Source: Naegleria gruberi (Eukaryota). From it: 64,000 nt of DNA. The notes under the pieces were generated by a model. That model did not search any database, was not told the origin of the DNA, and saw nothing but the letters and a program-made list of their open reading frames with translations. The stretch's first letter is position 1. Each line of letters begins with the position of its first letter. The position numbers were made by a program, and so were the translations under genes. Below are positions 42,429 through 54,011 of the stretch, one piece after another. Location: the NCBI GenBank assembly GCA_000004985.1, contig GG738895.1; one strand, given 5' to 3'.

Positions 42429-44657
42429 TTATTCATGTTTTTGTTTCTTTGTTTGTGGAGAGAGTGATTCTTCATTTGTATTAGTTGTGTTTGTTTCTTC
42501 ATCTTCATTATTAGAAGATGATGCATTAATAGATTGATGAATTGTCTTTCTTCTACCTGGTCCCCAATTTTCTTCTGGATTTGGTAAATAAGTTGGAATA
42601 CCTGTATGTTTGCTTGAAATTAAAGCTTTTTGATTAATTTCCAAACTAACTTGAGATTTTTGAGGTCTGGAAAGAATGACTTGACCTGGTGTTAATTTCT
42701 TATCACTATGAATAGGAGTACTATTAGTAGTAGTGGTAGCAGTAGTGGCAGTGGTAGTGGCAGTAGTGGTAGCAGTAGTGGAAGTGGTAGATTCTTGTTG
42801 TTGAACTGATTGTGGTTGAACTGATTGTTTAACAGGATGAGTCTTTATCCATTCCTTCATCATATCATAAATGAAACTCATTGGAGCATCAGTTTTGATT
42901 GCATTTGGTTTAATGTGAGTACCTGAAACTCTATAACCAGCATTTAAAATAGCAGATCTAGCAACATTCATTGGAATATTATTACATTTCAAAACACTTG
43001 CAACATGATCAAGATAATAATAGAGTGGAATATCAGATAATTCATTCTTTGCAGCAGTTAATAAACCAATAATTCTCTTATGAGTTGTAAATAAATGAGT
43101 ATTCTTTTGAACGTGATCTAAACATTTAGAAATGAAATCAGCGTCATGAATTGGACCTAACCACATTGGACCAGATAATTTAAGTCTCCATCCACATTCA
43201 GGACAATTATCTTTTGGAATTGAATGATCATGAATATATTCCTTTCTAGATGCACTTGATCCACCTCCTAAATTTTCATAATAATATGATTCACATCCAG
43301 AACAAACAAAAACATTTCCAAATTGTTTGTAAATTGTTTTAACCTTTTCAGGTGAAGTATAAACTCTAACAAAAATTCTAACATAAAAATCAATTGAAAG
43401 TGAAAGTACAGGTACAACATATCTCTTATACTTTGATGCACATGTTTGAATTGATGAAATTAACATTCTCAATCCTTGTTCATGACATGATTTCAATTTT
43501 TGTGGATATGATCCATATTTAGCAAAACAAGTACCTGGTTGTTGTCCACATAAAACTGCCATATCTGTACATGTTACACATAATAATCCTCCATTTCCAT
43601 CAACTGATTGAATTGCTCCATCAATAAATGGTGCTGCTGTACCATATGGATCTAAATCAACAACATCAAAAGCTTTATCTGTATTTGATGCCATATATAC
43701 AATTGCATCAGCTTGATTAGCAATAATACTATTATCTGAAATATTATTAAATTCTACATTTCTCTTAATCACTTCAACTGCTTCAGGTAATAAATCATTA
43801 GCAATAATTTGTTTAACATTTGGAATTTCATGCCAATAACGAATTGAACGTAAGCCTGTTGCAGACAAGGCTTCTAAAATTCTAATACCTTCATAAGTTG
43901 GTTTTTTATCATCACTTGTATCCATTTGATCATTTGATTGTTGTTTTGGTTGTGGTGGTTGTGTTTGTTGTTCGGATGCTTGTTGTTCACTAGTATTAGT
44001 GGCAGTAGTGGTAGTGGATTCTTGTTGTTGTTGCTTAGCTTGTTGTTTTTGTTGTCTCTTCTTTTGTGGTGGATTTAATTTTTCTTCCTTTCTAATATCA
44101 TTGAACATTTTAATCACCAAAGTTGATGTATCTCTATTAAAGACTTGAACCTTATTATAAAAGGCTTCAGTATCTTTAGAATAAATAACTGTAGCTGTTC
44201 CTTCTTTAATACATTTAAATTCGGATGGTATTTCTCTTTCAGTATTATGATGACTACCTGATGGATAATACTTTCCATCAATTAATTCAATAATTGGAGT
44301 TTGTACAGAAGAGGCAGCACCATTGGTTGCAGAAGAAGATTGAACGTCCATTTTTTTTAATTCGAAATTTTCATGAATTATTTCTTCTTCCTCTTCTTCT
44401 ATTGGTTCATTCTTATCAATAAAAGAACCAGCAACATTTGACAGTTGTGGTGCAATTCTAGAATGATGATAGAATGATGAAGAAGGTGCATTCTTGTTAT
44501 TGATGATTAATAGTGATGATGATGATTTTTTATCGGAAGATGACAATGTATTGAGTAGTACTGGAGATTGTTTTATTGAATATTTCCCACTTCTCACTAA
44601 TGATGTTGTATTATTAAAGATGATATGGTTTTTAGAGAGGATGAAAAGCCTTTTCAT
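42429..44657 (-). CDS. trm1: tRNA (guanine26-N2,N2)-dimethyltransferase TRM1
   Basis: ILEALSATGLRSIRYW...VIANDL, DVVDLDPYGTAAPFIDGAIQSVDGNGGLLCVTCTDMAVLCG and C-terminal Cys cluster CSGCESYY...CPECG are diagnostic for Trm1. Contains poly-Q and (TAT)n/(TTATT)n-type low-complexity inserts. Confidence 0.9.
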   Translation of the reverse strand: MKRLFILSKNHIIFNNTTSLVRSGKYSIKQSPVLLNTLSSSDKKSSSSLLIINNKNAPSSSFYHHSRIAPQLSNVAGSFIDKNEPIEEEEEEIIHENFELKKMDVQSSSATNGAASSVQTPIIELIDGKYYPSGSHHNTEREIPSEFKCIKEGTATVIYSKDTEAFYNKVQVFNRDTSTLVIKMFNDIRKEEKLNPPQKKRQQKQQAKQQQQESTTTTATNTSEQQASEQQTQPPQPKQQSNDQMDTSDDKKPTYEGIRILEALSATGLRSIRYWHEIPNVKQIIANDLLPEAVEVIKRNVEFNNISDNSIIANQADAIVYMASNTDKAFDVVDLDPYGTAAPFIDGAIQSVDGNGGLLCVTCTDMAVLCGQQPGTCFAKYGSYPQKLKSCHEQGLRMLISSIQTCASKYKRYVVPVLSLSIDFYVRIFVRVYTSPEKVKTIYKQFGNVFVCSGCESYYYENLGGGSSASRKEYIHDHSIPKDNCPECGWRLKLSGPMWLGPIHDADFISKCLDHVQKNTHLFTTHKRIIGLLTAAKNELSDIPLYYYLDHVASVLKCNNIPMNVARSAILNAGYRVSGTHIKPNAIKTDAPMSFIYDMMKEWIKTHPVKQSVQPQSVQQQESTTSTTATTTATTTATTATTTTNSTPIHSDKKLTPGQVILSRPQKSQVSLEINQKALISSKHTGIPTYLPNPEENWGPGRRKTIHQSINASSSNNEDEETNTTNTNEESLSPQTKKQKHE
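42715..42792. repeat. Hexanucleotide-type GGTAGT/GGCAGT tandem repeat inside the TRM1 CDS (encodes a Thr/Ala-rich tract on the minus strand)
   Basis: gtagtggtagcagtagtggcagtggtagtggcagtagtggtagcagtagtggaagtggtag visible directly. Confidence 0.7.
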
Positions 44658-44816
44658 TCTTTTGAAGCAAATTTAAAACAATTTTTTAATTTAATAATAA
44701 TAACAAGTAAAAGCTTAACATGAGATTCCTATCATCAAGAGAGAAAACAAAGAAGTGGGGAGGCTTGATGATCAAAAATTTCAAATTAATAATAATTTAA
44801 TATTAGGAATTAAAAA

Positions 44817-45221
44817 ATGGCTCCTTCATCTTCTTCATCTTCACTTGTATTGAGTGCCACTCTTGCTGGTATTACATTCTTTGGATTAAACTTTTTCAAG
44901 GATACATTATTGTCATCAGAGAAGGGAAAAGTTTTTACTGGATTTATGTGTAGTATAATTTACATGTTGCTTCTTACAGCCTATGGCAATATTAAATCAA
45001 ATATTAAATGGTTCGATATGTTATTATGTTTATTCCCAGCAGAGATCATTGCATCAAGTTTCCATGGTGTTTGTGTTACCACTTGTTTCCTATTCTCGAT
45101 GGTTATTTCCTTTGAATTACACAAAGTAGCCCAACATATCTACGGAGGTGCAGAACAAGGCACTACTACACAAGCCAGTAGTACATCATCTACCCAAGCT
45201 AACGATAAGAAGAGAAGATAA
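44817..45221 (+). CDS. krtcap2: Keratinocyte-associated protein 2 (KRTCAP2/KCP2), oligosaccharyltransferase accessory subunit
   Basis: 134 aa, 3 TM. FHGVCVTTCFLFSMVISFELHKVAQHIY aligns with human KRTCAP2 [28 protein letters not shown]. C-terminal KKRR. Confidence 0.7.
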   Translation: MAPSSSSSSLVLSATLAGITFFGLNFFKDTLLSSEKGKVFTGFMCSIIYMLLLTAYGNIKSNIKWFDMLLCLFPAEIIASSFHGVCVTTCFLFSMVISFELHKVAQHIYGGAEQGTTTQASSTSSTQANDKKRR

Positions 45222-46062
45222 AAACATTTTATATAAAGATATATTGTTAAGAGTAATATCTGTTTAATAATCAAATTGACATTACTAAAATAGTTGTAAT
45301 CCTTTTTATTAGGGTTGAGTTGTTTTACTGCATTTATAGATTAATCTTTTAAATGTAATAATTATCATGTTATGTGAATCAAATTTGGTATTAATGTTAA
45401 TTGATGGTTTTATTATTCATGAAATTTAACAAAATGGCTGTCTAATATAAATTGTTACTAAATTGAATAATTAAGGTATTGCCAACCAGTTTTTTATGAT
45501 TAAGGGTGATGAATAATCCAAAAATTCGCACATTTCTTTTAAAATGTACATGGTTCTATTTTCCCCAACATAAGTCTTTAAACTAATTGTTCTGTCATTT
45601 TTAAATGGTGTGAAACTATTGCTGGAATTGGAAGGTTATACTTATGACAATGAACAAGTACATGATTTCAGATAATTTCAACAATAGAATTCGAAAACCA
45701 GATATTTATGGATGTTTCAAAACCGTTGTTGGTGGTGGATTGAATTCATCCCATATACTGGAAATAATATTTAATTTAATAATTCAGATTTAACTATCCG
45801 TGTTATTAATTTACAATTAAAGTGTCCTAATAGTGTATTTGAAATTAGTTGTTAAAACTGTGACCTTAATAAATATTGTAACATGTTGGCTTACATTCAT
45901 TTTATTTCAATCCATTTCCCTAAATATATAAAGTTCAACCACATCTAGGACATCATCCTTGTTGTCTCATTATTCTGATAATAACTAGATCCACTACCAA
46001 CAATTAGCTTCCCCGCCAAATTTTAAAAAATTTCGGATTATTAAGCAAAAAAATATTCTAAT

Positions 46063-47181
46063 ATGAAACAAGTGTACTCATATGCTCCTTCAACAGATTC
46101 AACAGAGAAGGAAAAGGCAGATCAAGAAGAAGAAAACAATGTCGAAATCGGATTGGTGGAGAGTTTCAACTCTTGTGATATTAGAATTGGATTTTTAAAA
46201 GATTTTCCAATTCAAGATGATTGTTATGAAGGATGGCTTGAAAAGATGAAACAACATCCAAATTATAAAAAGAGATTTACTGTTTCTGGTGTTTTAGAAC
46301 ATTCTGAACCATCATTAACCTATCAACAGGAAAGGACTGCAATTTTGAACTATATTGCTGATGAGAATGGTTTCACAGGAATGGAAAGTTTTGGTGATGC
46401 AGATTATGAACGTATTTTTCAAAGAGAATTTGTTGAAATAATGAGATTGAATGATTTGGAATTTTCACAATTATCTAAATTAGTCAGACCAGCATTTAAA
46501 AGAATTGGAATGTACTTGAGAGATTGTTTATTCAATTTTAAAAGTTCACATCAGTTAATTAATAGAGATGATATATTCAGACATAGACTGAAATGGATTA
46601 TACCATTATCAGAAAGTACTTCCATACGAAATTTATTACATTTTGATCCTTCTTATGAGTTTGATGATGGTTTAAAAATTAATAGTGATATTTGTTTGGA
46701 GGATTTAACTAAAAAGCATAAATTATTCATCATGTTTTCACATTCAAATTTAAATGATGCATTCAATTCAGAGGAATTTTATAAAATGATTTCCCTCCTA
46801 CTATTAACTATAACCTATCACAAGTCAAATGATCCACATTATAAGTATTTTGAACCTTCTGGATTGATTTGTTGTAGAACACATGCTTATTATTTGAACT
46901 GTTATTATTCTTCAATCAATATTAATATTTGTAAAATAGATTTACAGACAGTGAATGGCATGTTTGTACTATTTTTTATAATTTCAAATTTTTTTGGACA
47001 CAGAGATTGTGAAAGAGCCTATTGTAGGGAATTAAAAGAATTAAAAAATCCAACTATTAAGAAAAATATTAAGGGAATTGAAAAGAGTAAAAGAATGATT
47101 TTGAATAGAAAAATAGAGAACAAACCCTGTATTCCACTTCTAAACATTACAAATTTAATGATGAAAAATAACTATAAATAA
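46063..47181 (+). CDS. Hypothetical protein, 372 aa
   Basis: Long ORF with coherent codon usage. No domain recognised by eye. Confidence 0.35.
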   Translation: MKQVYSYAPSTDSTEKEKADQEEENNVEIGLVESFNSCDIRIGFLKDFPIQDDCYEGWLEKMKQHPNYKKRFTVSGVLEHSEPSLTYQQERTAILNYIADENGFTGMESFGDADYERIFQREFVEIMRLNDLEFSQLSKLVRPAFKRIGMYLRDCLFNFKSSHQLINRDDIFRHRLKWIIPLSESTSIRNLLHFDPSYEFDDGLKINSDICLEDLTKKHKLFIMFSHSNLNDAFNSEEFYKMISLLLLTITYHKSNDPHYKYFEPSGLICCRTHAYYLNCYYSSININICKIDLQTVNGMFVLFFIISNFFGHRDCERAYCRELKELKNPTIKKNIKGIEKSKRMILNRKIENKPCIPLLNITNLMMKNNYK

Positions 47182-47742
47182 AGCTAAAACCAGATTATTA
47201 CTTCATTAATCTCAAATAATAAATATACAAAAGGATGATAATGAACTTGCCAAGATGGATCTAGATTTCATTCATAGAGTCATTGTATCCAAACAAATGA
47301 ATACCATTTCTATGAACAAATGCATTGGTTAATAACTCAAAATGGAACATCTGGCATGATTACAGGATATGAGTTTTTACTGAATAAGTAATTAACCATT
47401 GATGATTGAGAATAGTTCCTTTAGTCATTAAGATGATTAATCTCATCAGTATCACATTGATCAGTAAAATGAATATGATTGGCAGTAATGATTGTTCAAT
47501 GTATTGAAATGTGTAATAATCGTAAAGACATCTCCTTCTCTAAAATAGTTATAATTCCTTTTTATTTGAGTTTAAGTTTTACCGTATTTCTGTAAGGAGT
47601 TAGAGAATATTCGGTTTTCCTGTTTTGTCGTTTATTGTTTTTTATTTGGTCTCGATCACCATATTCGCCTTAATTGTTCGAAAATCATTGCAGAACGAAC
47701 TTGACTCTACCTTAATATACCACAACAAGAATATCATTAAAA

Positions 47743-50700
47743 ATGAATAGGAATAAACCCACTTTTAATTCTAGTAGTGGTGGTAGTAGCAGCCCGCCAA
47801 ATATTAATAACAAACAACAAATTCCACTTTTAATGAAGGAGGCCTCAATAACATTGTTTCCTTCAGCATCAACTTCATCATCATCACTACATAATAACAA
47901 TGATATTAATAATAATAACAATAATAATCAAAAGTCATCCACTTCGACTACTGCTAAGGATCAACAAGTAACATCATCTTCATTGGCTATTAATAATACT
48001 AATAACAATCGAGAACCAATCAACAAACATCTCCAACTACAAATAAATATCAACAATAACAGTATTGGTGGAAGTGGAGGTGGTGGTCCTAAAACATTCT
48101 CTCCCAAACCAAAGATTAATTCATCACCATCATTTCAATATATGATGTCAAAGAGACCTTCATCGGTTGGAAGTAATAAGAGAACACCCTCATTCAAATC
48201 AACAAATTCATCCTCTTCTCTTCTCTCTCCAAGAACAAAGCCTTCATCATTTCCTTCTTCATCTTCTACTACAAATACTAATAACTCTTCTACTAGTAAT
48301 AGTAATAGTAACAGTTATGGATCATCACCCTCATTAAAAACTACTAATATTATTCTAAATACAAGTAATAATAATACTACTCCAAATAATCATAATAATT
48401 CATCATCATCACTCAATAATTTATTTTCCAATACAAGTAAGCAACAACAACAACAATCAAATGATAATACTACTACTAATAATCATCATCATCATTCTAA
48501 TACACCTAAAAGAGTGTGGTCTAGTTCACAACGTCCACAATTACCTAAAATGTCAAGTATTAATTCTTCATTATCAACACCAGTTACACCTTCACCTGAT
48601 TCTCAAATGTTTAAATCTCATTCAAATAGTGGAAGTAATTTATTAAGTAATTCTAATTCAACATCAAATTTAAGAAGAGAATTAATTAATAATAGTGGAA
48701 GTAGAAGAAATACATTTAGTAGTTATTCATTAAATCCATCTCCAATACCTAAATTAGGACAATTAAATACTATAATTGGTGTATCAAGTGCAACTAATAA
48801 TTCGAGCCAAAGTTCATTAACAAGTGTTACTTCTACATATAGTATTAATATTGCTTTAAATAATTCATCATCTACTACAAGTTTATTATCAAATGGATAT
48901 AATGGAGCATCTACATCTTCTTTAAATAATACAGTTACAAATAATAATAATAATATAAATATTAAATCTGATAATATTATAGTCAATAATAATAATAATA
49001 ATTCTAATACAGGAAATACAATTACTAATAATAATACAGTTAATATTAATAATAATTCAACTAAATCTGATAATAATCATCCAATATTAACAGTTACTAA
49101 TAATAATAATAATAATAATCAAATTATTTTAAATAATTCAAATAATTCAACAATTCCATTTAATAGAAAAAATGCAATTACACAAAATCCAGTATTTAGT
49201 ACAACATCATTAAGTATTAATAATAATACAAGTAATACAAATAATACTAATAATACTAATAATACTAATAATATTTCCAATAATAATGGAAATAATCAAT
49301 CGACAAGCACAGTAACAAATAATATAAATAATAACATAAATAATTCTTCTAAATCTAATAATACTTCAAAATCAATAACATCAAATAATAATTCTACTTT
49401 TAATTCTACTTCCAATAATATAAATAATTCCAATAATAGTAATAACTCATCCAGTAACTCATCTAATAATTCTTCTAATAATTCTAATAATAATAATAAC
49501 AAATTAATTTCAACATTAAATTTAAACAATTTAAATTTATCTATTAGTAGTGTACCATCATCAGCAAGATCATTTGCATCACCACCACCCTCTAGTCATA
49601 TTTCACCTAAATCTAGAATTGGACAAAATTATACAATTTATGATCATAAAAATAATTCATTATCATTAACTTGTAGTAGTAATAGATCAAGTATAGAAAA
49701 TGATTCATTAGAAATACAAAAAGGACCAATTCCATCAAACAAATTTCCACATCAAATTTCACCACCTCAATCACCTACTCTAAGTAATAATACAAGTTTA
49801 TTATCTTTAAATTCTTCAATAGATTCTTTTAAACCTAAAAAGGGTGGAAATACTCCAAATATAGTAAATCAATTTAATGAAAATATATTTAAATCAAATC
49901 ATTCTATTAACACTCCAATGAAAGGTAAAAATAAAATGGATCAAAATTTACTTTCAACAAGTACACAATCAGATAAAGAAGAAGAAAGAGCTAAAATTCA
50001 AGAAGAAATTAAACAAATTTCAGATGAATTAAAAAAACAAGACGCCATTACTTTATTAGATCAAAATGATAAACAAATTATAACAAGTATAATATCAAAA
50101 TCTAATACTACTTCTACTAATAATAATATAAATGGTAATATAAATGGTAATATGAATATAAATGGTAATAATAATGAAAATGAAGATGTACTTAAATATA
50201 ATTTTTATAAAATGTTAAAATTAAATCTTCAAGAAGAAGAAGAAGAAGATTTATTTAATGAAATTATTGAAAATGGAAAATATTTTTCAGGATTAGAATT
50301 ACAAGATATTTTACAACATATAAAATTACAAGCACCTAAAGAATTCCAAATATGGGATGCTCAACGTCGTAAAAATTTAGAAAAACGTAAACAATTATTA
50401 TTAAATGAAGAAAAAAAGAAAAATGAAGAAATTCGTCTAAAAAAGGAACATTTTGAAAGAATTGATAAATTTTTACAAAAACAAGATGAAAATTTACTTG
50501 ATGAAAGTTTAAATTTAAATATGGCAAAAGTATTAACATTACAACCAATTGAATTAAATTCAATTTTAAAAACATTTGAAGGTGTTGAAAGAAGAAATGC
50601 ATTTATTTCAAAAATGGAAAATTTCCATAATAGTAATTCAATTAATTTTGAAAAATTACAAACAAATCAAAAATTTGGAATTTATATTTCTTATTGTGCT

Positions 50701-52185
50701 GAAAGATTTTTATTTTCACATATTGATAAGGAAATTAAATTAAAAAGAACAAAATCAGATTCAAATTTATTACATTTAAAAAATACAAATTTAAAAGATT
50801 TTAAATTATCAATTCCATTTAAGGAATTTAATAAGAATTTACATTTTAATTCAAAAACATTTAAAGAAATGAATTTGAAAGAATTTGAAAATTTAACATC
50901 TTTAAAAAAACCAAGACTTAAAAAAAACAAATCAGATTCTGATTTGAATAATTTATTTTTTGAAGAAATTTTAAATAATTCTAATAATATTAATAATAAT
51001 AATAATAATATTAATAATAATAATTCAAATAATAACAATTTGAATAATAGAAATAAGAAATTAAATCATTCACCATTATTATTAGATGAAAATGATCATT
51101 CAAAAAATCATGAAGAACATTTTCATTATTATTCATCTAATCAAAATATAAAAAATAATTTAGAAAATGCATTTTCATTTAGTAGTAGAATGAATAATTT
51201 TTCACAACACAATTATACAACAGTCATGTCTGTATTATTTCCAAATCATAAGAATAATTCAACAACTTCAACAACATCAACTTCAACAATATCATTACCA
51301 CCACCATCACATGAAGAAATGAAAAAGGCAGTTGAAAATTATTATGAAAATATTAAACAAAAAGCAATTGAACAAACAATTGCTAATAATGAAGTTATAA
51401 TTGAAACTGATCCAATTAGACAAGCAATTATTGAAAAGAAGAAGGGTACAGGTGTTAAAACTAAAATTATTAAAAGAGTTGAATCAAATCATATTGTTGA
51501 GAGAGAGGAAGTTGATTTTATTAAGGAAAATATTAGACAATTAAAAGCATTATCTGAAAAATTAAAATCAAAAAGAAGATTTGTTGAAAGAACTCCTATA
51601 TTTGAAACTAATAATGAAGGTAGTAGTGTTGGTGGTAGTGGTGGTGGTGGATCTTCTCAAATTATAGTTGAACATGAGAATGGAAATTATAAACAACATG
51701 CACCTGAAAATATTAAGGTAATGGATTGGACCTATAATAATCAATCTTATACACCTTCATATTCTTCTCCTAGATCTCCAATGAATCATCCATCATCTCC
51801 ATTTAATCATTCAACAGCATTTCCAAATAGTAGAATTAGATATAATAATTATCAAAGTACTCCAACTTTATTACAACTCACTTTACAAATTTCATCTCCA
51901 AGAAAACAAACAACAACTTTAAATGGTTCACGTCTTCCAAGTAGTTATTTATTTGGTAATAGACCTAGTACAAGTTCTAATAATCATCGAGTAACAACTA
52001 TTGGTGGTGGAGGTATAACAGGTGGTGATAATCCTTTTGATATTAAAATTCAACCCATGATACCAGCCAATTCTCTAATTGAAAAAGAAAAAACTGAACA
52101 ACAAAAAAGAACTGAAATTGGTTTAAGAAGATTAAGAATTTCAAAGAGTGCAGGTCATTTGAGATCATTAATTATTAAAAACTAA
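47743..52185 (+). CDS. Large Asn/Ser/Thr-rich low-complexity protein (1480 aa) with C-terminal K/E-rich helical region
   Basis: Single ORF. Long homopolymeric N, S, T and NNT/NNS runs. Central region with conserved-looking helical segment (EDVLKYNFYKMLKLNLQEEEEEDLFNEIIENGKYF...). Typical dictyostelid prion-like composition. Confidence 0.5.
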   Translation: MNRNKPTFNSSSGGSSSPPNINNKQQIPLLMKEASITLFPSASTSSSSLHNNNDINNNNNNNQKSSTSTTAKDQQVTSSSLAINNTNNNREPINKHLQLQININNNSIGGSGGGGPKTFSPKPKINSSPSFQYMMSKRPSSVGSNKRTPSFKSTNSSSSLLSPRTKPSSFPSSSSTTNTNNSSTSNSNSNSYGSSPSLKTTNIILNTSNNNTTPNNHNNSSSSLNNLFSNTSKQQQQQSNDNTTTNNHHHHSNTPKRVWSSSQRPQLPKMSSINSSLSTPVTPSPDSQMFKSHSNSGSNLLSNSNSTSNLRRELINNSGSRRNTFSSYSLNPSPIPKLGQLNTIIGVSSATNNSSQSSLTSVTSTYSINIALNNSSSTTSLLSNGYNGASTSSLNNTVTNNNNNINIKSDNIIVNNNNNNSNTGNTITNNNTVNINNNSTKSDNNHPILTVTNNNNNNNQIILNNSNNSTIPFNRKNAITQNPVFSTTSLSINNNTSNTNNTNNTNNTNNISNNNGNNQSTSTVTNNINNNINNSSKSNNTSKSITSNNNSTFNSTSNNINNSNNSNNSSSNSSNNSSNNSNNNNNKLISTLNLNNLNLSISSVPSSARSFASPPPSSHISPKSRIGQNYTIYDHKNNSLSLTCSSNRSSIENDSLEIQKGPIPSNKFPHQISPPQSPTLSNNTSLLSLNSSIDSFKPKKGGNTPNIVNQFNENIFKSNHSINTPMKGKNKMDQNLLSTSTQSDKEEERAKIQEEIKQISDELKKQDAITLLDQNDKQIITSIISKSNTTSTNNNINGNINGNMNINGNNNENEDVLKYNFYKMLKLNLQEEEEEDLFNEIIENGKYFSGLELQDILQHIKLQAPKEFQIWDAQRRKNLEKRKQLLLNEEKKKNEEIRLKKEHFERIDKFLQKQDENLLDESLNLNMAKVLTLQPIELNSILKTFEGVERRNAFISKMENFHNSNSINFEKLQTNQKFGIYISYCAERFLFSHIDKEIKLKRTKSDSNLLHLKNTNLKDFKLSIPFKEFNKNLHFNSKTFKEMNLKEFENLTSLKKPRLKKNKSDSDLNNLFFEEILNNSNNINNNNNNINNNNSNNNNLNNRNKKLNHSPLLLDENDHSKNHEEHFHYYSSNQNIKNNLENAFSFSSRMNNFSQHNYTTVMSVLFPNHKNNSTTSTTSTSTISLPPPSHEEMKKAVENYYENIKQKAIEQTIANNEVIIETDPIRQAIIEKKKGTGVKTKIIKRVESNHIVEREEVDFIKENIRQLKALSEKLKSKRRFVERTPIFETNNEGSSVGGSGGGGSSQIIVEHENGNYKQHAPENIKVMDWTYNNQSYTPSYSSPRSPMNHPSSPFNHSTAFPNSRIRYNNYQSTPTLLQLTLQISSPRKQTTTLNGSRLPSSYLFGNRPSTSSNNHRVTTIGGGGITGGDNPFDIKIQPMIPANSLIEKEKTEQQKRTEIGLRRLRISKSAGHLRSLIIKN

Positions 52186-52223
52186 AAACTCGTTTTATCA
52201 AAATTGTTTTTAACTTAAGGTAA

Positions 52224-54011
52224 CTAAATAGATTCAATCAAATTTAACAATACTTGTTGGTCATAGAGATCATCTTGAATGACTTGTTCTTCTTCATGAA
52301 GATCAGGATGAGTAAGAGTTGATTCTTCTTCTTCCTCTTCTTCTTCATCATCATCATCTTCATCATCTTGATCATAACCATCTTCTTTTTCTTCCTTTTC
52401 TTCTTCTTCATCTTCATATGAATGTAAATTTAATGAAGTGATACTATCAACTTGTAAATCGAATTGACATGAATGATCAACAACTCTTAAATTAATTGTA
52501 ATTGAATCTCTATTTGAAAGTGAACTTGATTGAATGGTTGAATTTGATAATAAATGAACATCTTCACATTTTGAATGTAAAATTGCATTAAAATCATTTG
52601 GAATAAACTCGAAATTAAAATAATTATAAAAAGATCTATAATCATTAAGTAAATGATTAACAACATCTTCCCATTTCTTATCATCTCTAATAAAAACATC
52701 TTTTTCTTCACTCATATTTCCATCAATAATACATTTAACTCTAAAACCAATATCATTACTATGAATATTATTTGTAATTACTTCTTGATTTGTTTCAATA
52801 ACTTGTTCTTGATCAACTAAATCCTTATTTCTATCATAAAATAAATCTTCATAAAATTCATGTTCTTGTTTTTGTTTCTTTTTATGTGGCGTTGAAGAAT
52901 ATAATAAATTATTTAAGGCTTCATTCTCAAATGTTTCAATATATAATTCTGTATCACTTAAACTTCTCTTTTGTGTAAATGTTTCATCTGAAGATGAATT
53001 ATAATCAATTTGAGAATTATAACATTCAATTTCTTCTAAACTTAAAAATTCATCTGTATCTACTTCTTCTTTTTGTTTAGCTGGTTTTAAAGCTGCATTT
53101 TCCTTTTTTTTCTTTTTTTTTAAAAGATTTGTATTATTATTAGTAGTATTAATAGTAGTACCATTAGTAGTACCATTAGTAGTAGTACCATTAGCAGCAC
53201 CATTAGTAATAGTAGAAGTAGTAGCAGGTGTTAATGCATTTGAAGTTGTACTTGTTGGTTGAAACATTGGATAATAAGAATAATTTGGAACACCATATTG
53301 TGGATAGGGTGGTAATGAAGGTAATTTTGGATAAGGATAATTATTTCCCTTATTATAAAAAAGTGGTGGATTATAAAGTGAAGATGGAAGTTGTGATAAA
53401 GTAGGAGGTGGAGGTAGAGAAATAGATGATCCTTTCTTATTAGAAGATAATGGTGGACTATTCGTCGAACCAACACTTGAAAATCTTGAAGGAGTGTTAT
53501 CTATTTTAGGAGGTGATATTGGAGATTGAGTATTATTCATTGCTGAAAATGGTGCAAAAGTAACAGCAGCTGAATTTGAATTTCTTTTCATATAAGCTGA
53601 TTTTCTTTCATTAATAGATGAATTACTATTTGGAGTTGTTGTAAGTGAAGATTTAATAGCAGGTGAAGATGATGAATTTGATGATGAAGATTCAGGTGAA
53701 TTATTATCAATACTATTAGTTGTACTTGTGTTATTAGATTCTTCCGACATGTATTTTTCATGAAGCCTTTCAACAATTTCAGCCTTGTTTCCATTCAAAG
53801 TTAAACTCTTCTTTCGAAGTTCTTCTTTTAATTCAACAAGTTTAAATTTAAGTAAAGCCTTTTTACCACAACTCTTCCAAATCTTTTTCATCATTTCACC
53901 ATTATTATTATTTAATTGTGGTGATGATGATATAGAAGGTGTAGGTGAAGTTGGTATATAAGTATTCGATTGTTGTAACTTTTTAAAGGTTGTATTATGA
54001 TTATTATTCAT
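52224..54011 (-). CDS. SAP-domain protein with Asn/Thr-rich region and acidic C-terminal tail
   Basis: LLKFKLVELKEELRKKSLTLNGNKAEIVERLHE matches the SAP (SAF-A/B, Acinus, PIAS) helix-extension-helix motif. C-terminal DEDDDDEEEEEEEE tail. Confidence 0.6.
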   Translation of the reverse strand: MNNNHNTTFKKLQQSNTYIPTSPTPSISSSPQLNNNNGEMMKKIWKSCGKKALLKFKLVELKEELRKKSLTLNGNKAEIVERLHEKYMSEESNNTSTTNSIDNNSPESSSSNSSSSPAIKSSLTTTPNSNSSINERKSAYMKRNSNSAAVTFAPFSAMNNTQSPISPPKIDNTPSRFSSVGSTNSPPLSSNKKGSSISLPPPPTLSQLPSSLYNPPLFYNKGNNYPYPKLPSLPPYPQYGVPNYSYYPMFQPTSTTSNALTPATTSTITNGAANGTTTNGTTNGTTINTTNNNTNLLKKKKKKENAALKPAKQKEEVDTDEFLSLEEIECYNSQIDYNSSSDETFTQKRSLSDTELYIETFENEALNNLLYSSTPHKKKQKQEHEFYEDLFYDRNKDLVDQEQVIETNQEVITNNIHSNDIGFRVKCIIDGNMSEEKDVFIRDDKKWEDVVNHLLNDYRSFYNYFNFEFIPNDFNAILHSKCEDVHLLSNSTIQSSSLSNRDSITINLRVVDHSCQFDLQVDSITSLNLHSYEDEEEEKEEKEDGYDQDDEDDDDEEEEEEEESTLTHPDLHEEEQVIQDDLYDQQVLLNLIESI

